From Candidatus Eiseniibacteriota bacterium (GTDB taxonomy: Bacteria; Eisenbacteria; RBG-16-71-46), in assembly GCA_044223005.1 (NCBI GenBank), contig JBGAML010000004.1:224001-288000 (forward strand): a stretch of 64,000 bases of DNA, written 5' to 3'. The translations under genes were made by a program, and so were the position numbers. Within the stretch, counting starts at the first letter, position 1. Each line of letters opens with the position of its first letter. This document shows, piece after piece, positions 60,380-64,000 of this stretch. The notes under the pieces were generated by a model, which was not told where the DNA came from, did not search any database, and saw only the letters and a program-made list of their open reading frames with translations.

Positions 60380-61353
60380 GCGATCCGCGCGACGAAGCCG
60401 CCGCGATCACGCGCGCCGCGCGCCGCCTGGTCGAGCGCCAGCGCGCGCTGGGCGGCGGCGAGCTGCTCGCCGCGGGCGTCGCGCGCGAGCTGGCGACGGC
60501 GCGCAAGGCCGCCGCGTCGCGGCCCGTGCCCGAGCCGGCGCCGGCAGTCGCGACGGTGGCGGAGCCCGCGGTCACCGCGGCCCCGGCCGCGCCGCGCGAG
60601 GCGTTCACGCTGACCGCGCCCGAGCCGCCGGCGCCCGCGCCCGCGCCTGCGACGCGTGCCGTGCCCGCACCGGCCGAGACCGCGAAGCCGTACGAGCCGC
60701 TGCCGTCGTTCACCGACGACCTCTGGCCGTCGGCGCACGCGGGCGGTCGCTCCGCGCTGCACACCGCGTCGCTGCCCGTGCTGCAGGAGATCGCGACGCA
60801 GGCCTGCGCGTGCGAGAAGTGCGGACTCAGCCAGACGCGCACCAAGGTCGTGCCCGGGATCGGCTCGGCCGCGAGCGGCATCGTGTTCGTGGGCGAGGCG
60901 CCGGGTGCGGACGAGGACGCGCGCGGCGAGCCGTTCGTCGGCCGCGCGGGCGAACTGCTCACGCGCATGATCGCCGCGATGGACGAAAAGCAGCTGATCC
61001 CCGGCGTGCCGCTCAATCGCGAGACGGTCTACATCTGCAACGTGCTCAAGTGCCGGCCGCCCGACAATCGCAACCCGCTCCCGCACGAGATCGAAGCCTG
61101 CTCGCCGTACGTCATGCGGCAGCTCGAGGTGCTGCAGCCGCGCATCATCTGCTGCCTCGGCAAGTTCGCCGCCGAGCTGCTGCTCGGCGTGAAGGGCATG
61201 ACCATCTCGAGCATGCGCGGCAAGACGTACCGCTGGCGCGGTGCCAAGCTCGTCGTGACCTACCATCCCGCGTATTGCCTGCGCAGCCCGAGCGCCAAGC
61301 GTCCCGTGTGGGACGACCTGCAGCGCCTCGCGCAGGAGTACCTCACCGACTGA
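60376..61353 (+). CDS. Uracil-DNA glycosylase, family 4 (Fe-S)
   Basis: [36 protein letters not shown]; Pro/Ala-rich N-terminal linker. Confidence 0.93.
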   Translation: MSDPRDEAAAITRAARRLVERQRALGGGELLAAGVARELATARKAAASRPVPEPAPAVATVAEPAVTAAPAAPREAFTLTAPEPPAPAPAPATRAVPAPAETAKPYEPLPSFTDDLWPSAHAGGRSALHTASLPVLQEIATQACACEKCGLSQTRTKVVPGIGSAASGIVFVGEAPGADEDARGEPFVGRAGELLTRMIAAMDEKQLIPGVPLNRETVYICNVLKCRPPDNRNPLPHEIEACSPYVMRQLEVLQPRIICCLGKFAAELLLGVKGMTISSMRGKTYRWRGAKLVVTYHPAYCLRSPSAKRPVWDDLQRLAQEYLTD

Positions 61354-61388
61354 CCTTCCTGCGGGCGTTCGCGCCCGGGAGGCGAACC

Positions 61389-64000
61389 ATGTCCGACGTC
61401 CCCAGCGCGAGCGCCGGCGGCGCCGCGGGGCTCACGCCTCCGCAGGCCCTCGACGCCGAGCGTTCGATCCTCGCCGCGATGATGCTGGACCAGACCGCCA
61501 TCGGGCGCGCGGTCGAGAACATCGACGCGGCCGCGTTCTACCGCACCGCACACGCCAAGGTGTTCGAAGCGCTCATCGCGCTCTACAACCGCAACGAATC
61601 CGCCGACCTCATCACGGTGGCGGAGGAGCTGCGCAAGCGTGGCGACTTCGAGGCCGTCGGCGGCGCCGCGGCGCTCGCGGGCATCATGGAGGCCGCGACC
61701 ACGACCGCGAACCTCGAGCACCACGTGCGCATCGTGCACTCGAAGTACGTGCTGCGGATGCTCATCAAGGCGACCAACGAGATCCAGCAGCAGTGCTACA
61801 GCGGTCACGAGGAGACGGCCAACCTGCTCGACCAGGCCGAGGCGCGCATCTTCGCCATCACGGACCAGCGGATCCGCCAGGGATTCGCGAGCATCCGCGA
61901 CCTGCTCAAGCCCACGTTCGACCACATCCAGAAGCTGTTCGAGCGCCAGGTGCAGGTGACCGGCGTCCCGAGCGGCTGGGACGATCTCGACAAGCTCACG
62001 AGCGGCTGGCAGCCCGGCGACCTGATCATCCTCGCGGGGCGTCCCTCGATGGGAAAGTGCGTCTCCTGGCGCACGCTCGTCGTGGATCCTTCCACCGGCG
62101 AGCGGTTGACGATCGAGGAGTGCGTCCGCCGGCGCATGCCGACAGTGCTCGGCATCGATGCCGATGGCCTGGTGCGCGAGACGCGGATCGGCGCGTGGAT
62201 CGACAGCGGCGTGAAGCCGGTCTGGCGCGTCACGACTCGGCTGGGACGCTCGATCGAAGTGACCGGGCATCATCCGTTCCTCACGCCCGAAGGCTGGCGT
62301 CCGCTCCACGATCTCGCCCTGGGCGATCGCGTCGGGGTGCCGCGCATCGTCCCCGTCGAAGGCAAGGACACGTCCTGGCCGCTCGAGCAGGTGCGCCTGC
62401 TCGCGTATTTCATCGCGGAAGGCGGCCTCACCAGCGACGTTCCGCATTTCACGACGGCCGACCCCACTCACCTCGCGGATTTCCGTGCGTGCCTCGAGGC
62501 CTGTTTCCCGACCTGCGGGATGGTCCCGCAGCCGGATGGCATCACGTACCGGATCTCTCGACGGCCCGAACACCGCGGCCTCCGCCCCCGCCCCGGCCTG
62601 ACGGTGCACCCCGTCAATCGGTGGCTCATCGAGCTCGAACTGATGGGCCGCAAGTCCGAGGCGAAGCGCCTGCCCGCCGTGGTGTGGTCGTGGGATCACG
62701 AGCGACTCCGGCAGTTCCTCGCGGTGCTCTTCAGCTGCGACGGCACCGTGTACGACATGGCGGGCTATCCGCGCATCGAGTTCACCGTGGCCTCGGAGGG
62801 GCTCGCGCGTGACGTCCAGCACGCGCTGCTCCGCGTGGGGATCGTCTCCAAGTTCTGGCGCAAGACGGACCGGTCTTGGCGCGTGGAGATCACTTCACCG
62901 GAGGAAGTCCGCCGCTATCAGGTGCTCGTCGGAGGGGTGGGCGAGAAGTCGGACCGGTTCCCCGCAGAACCCCTCGACGCGCCGCTGCCGCGCGTGCGTC
63001 GCGAACTGACCGGCGGCCTGCCCGCGTCGATCTGGCCGCGCGTGCGCGCCTCCGCGGAGCGCGCGGGCATGACCCTCTCGCAGCTCGCCCGGCGCTGTGG
63101 TGAGCGGACCGAGAGCGGTTACAACGCCCACACCACCCGCGGCATCGTGCGCACCCGGCTGGAGGCGTATGCGACGGCCCTCGCCGATCCCGATCTCGCG
63201 TTCCTCGCGAGCGAGGACCTGTACTGGGACGAGATCGTCGAGATCACGCCCATGGGCGAGATGCAGGTGTACGACCTCACCGTGCCCGACGGGGCGAACT
63301 TCCTCGCCAACGACATCTGCGTGCACAACACCTCGGCCGTGATGAACATGGCCGAGAACGCGGCCATCCGCGGTGGTGTACCGGTCGCGGTGTTCTCGCT
63401 CGAAATGAGCAAGGAGCAGATCGCGCTGCGCCTGCTCTGCTCGCAGAGCGAGGTCGGGCTGCACAAGGTGCGCACCGGCTTCCTCGGCAACGAGGACTGG
63501 CCGCGGCTCACCACCGGCGCCGGGCTGCTCACGCAGGCGCCGATCTACATCGACGACTCGCCCGCGCAGAGCGTGCTCGAGATCCGCGCGAAATGCCGCC
63601 GGCTCAAGTCGGAGGGCAAGCTGGGGCTCGTGGTGATCGACTACCTCCAGCTCATGCGGCCGAGCGGTCCCGTCGAGAACCGCGTGCAGGAGATCTCGCA
63701 GATCAGCCGCGGCCTCAAGGCGCTCGCGAAGGAGCTCAACGTCCCGATCATCGCGCTCTCGCAGCTCTCGCGCGCGGTGGAACAGCGCGGCGGCAGCGGC
63801 CGCCCGCAGCTCTCGGACCTGAGAGATTCGGGCTGCCTCACGGCGGACAGCCGCGTGTGGCGCGCGGATACCGGCGTGGAAGTCGCGATGGGTGAACTCC
63901 TGGCATCGGGCGAGAGGAACATCCCCGTCTGGACCATGGATGATTCGTACCGAATCGTGCGCGGCACGATGACGCACGTCTTCCCGAGCGGCGTGAAGGC
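61389..64000 (+). CDS. dnaB: Replicative DNA helicase containing two inteins (runs off the window)
   Basis: Translated by hand from ATG 61389: PPQALDAERSIL, LIILAGRPSMGK, FSLEMS, VIDYLQL, ALSQLSR, RPQLSDLRDSG. Its absence from the ORF track is consistent with no stop before the window end. Confidence 0.96.
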   Translation, partial: MSDVPSASAGGAAGLTPPQALDAERSILAAMMLDQTAIGRAVENIDAAAFYRTAHAKVFEALIALYNRNESADLITVAEELRKRGDFEAVGGAAALAGIMEAATTTANLEHHVRIVHSKYVLRMLIKATNEIQQQCYSGHEETANLLDQAEARIFAITDQRIRQGFASIRDLLKPTFDHIQKLFERQVQVTGVPSGWDDLDKLTSGWQPGDLIILAGRPSMGKCVSWRTLVVDPSTGERLTIEECVRRRMPTVLGIDADGLVRETRIGAWIDSGVKPVWRVTTRLGRSIEVTGHHPFLTPEGWRPLHDLALGDRVGVPRIVPVEGKDTSWPLEQVRLLAYFIAEGGLTSDVPHFTTADPTHLADFRACLEACFPTCGMVPQPDGITYRISRRPEHRGLRPRPGLTVHPVNRWLIELELMGRKSEAKRLPAVVWSWDHERLRQFLAVLFSCDGTVYDMAGYPRIEFTVASEGLARDVQHALLRVGIVSKFWRKTDRSWRVEITSPEEVRRYQVLVGGVGEKSDRFPAEPLDAPLPRVRRELTGGLPASIWPRVRASAERAGMTLSQLARRCGERTESGYNAHTTRGIVRTRLEAYATALADPDLAFLASEDLYWDEIVEITPMGEMQVYDLTVPDGANFLANDICVHNTSAVMNMAENAAIRGGVPVAVFSLEMSKEQIALRLLCSQSEVGLHKVRTGFLGNEDWPRLTTGAGLLTQAPIYIDDSPAQSVLEIRAKCRRLKSEGKLGLVVIDYLQLMRPSGPVENRVQEISQISRGLKALAKELNVPIIALSQLSRAVEQRGGSGRPQLSDLRDSGCLTADSRVWRADTGVEVAMGELLASGERNIPVWTMDDSYRIVRGTMTHVFPSGVK
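62058..63329 (+). mobile_element. Intein 1 in the DnaB Walker A (GK/T), 424 aa, with LAGLIDADG homing endonuclease
   Basis: Starts CVSWRTLV; block B TGHHPFL; LLAYFIAEG and FLAVLFSCDG endonuclease motifs; ends VYDLTV...ICVHN followed by extein Thr. Confidence 0.93.
63834..64000 (+). mobile_element. Intein 2 in DnaB at SDLRDSG/C (partial, truncated by the window)
   Basis: CLTADSRVWRADTG...VFPSGVK replaces the expected S/A-IEQD continuation. Confidence 0.9.

Overview
High-GC bacterial chromosomal window with about 45 supportable CDS. Several secreted proteins end in a FlgD/T9SS-like C-terminal domain, as is common in Eisenbacteria-like lineages; the taxonomy is inference only. Housekeeping content: sufE-like, murA, thrABC, selB, lhgO, trxA, gdhA, a shortened RqcH/NFACT gene, and yicC-gmk-rpoZ-coaBC-udg-dnaB. 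The dnaB gene runs off the window and carries two inteins. Accessory content: (i) a TetR-headed glycan-utilisation locus (TonB receptor, large multidomain glycosidase, GH3, sialate O-acetylesterase) with two matching operator palindromes; (ii) after selB, an SRA-HNH modification-dependent nuclease; (iii) a divergent module of a membrane-anchored TPR-CHAT protease, an ECF sigma factor with an apparently duplicated region 4, and a zf-HC2/TM/TPR anti-sigma factor; (iv) tandem secreted PGAM5-like phosphatases; (v) tandem beta-helix proteins with identical 3' DNA tracts; (vi) a histidine kinase, response regulator and REC-GGDEF-EAL cluster. The best candidate for an undescribed system is module (iii). 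A 31-bp ECF-promoter-like motif occurs both upstream of the CHAT gene and just downstream of it, where it precedes a roughly 320-nt structured region with no credible ORF that ends in a terminator-like hairpin. No rRNA, tRNA or CRISPR array was found. All family assignments are by eye from motifs; no searches were run.
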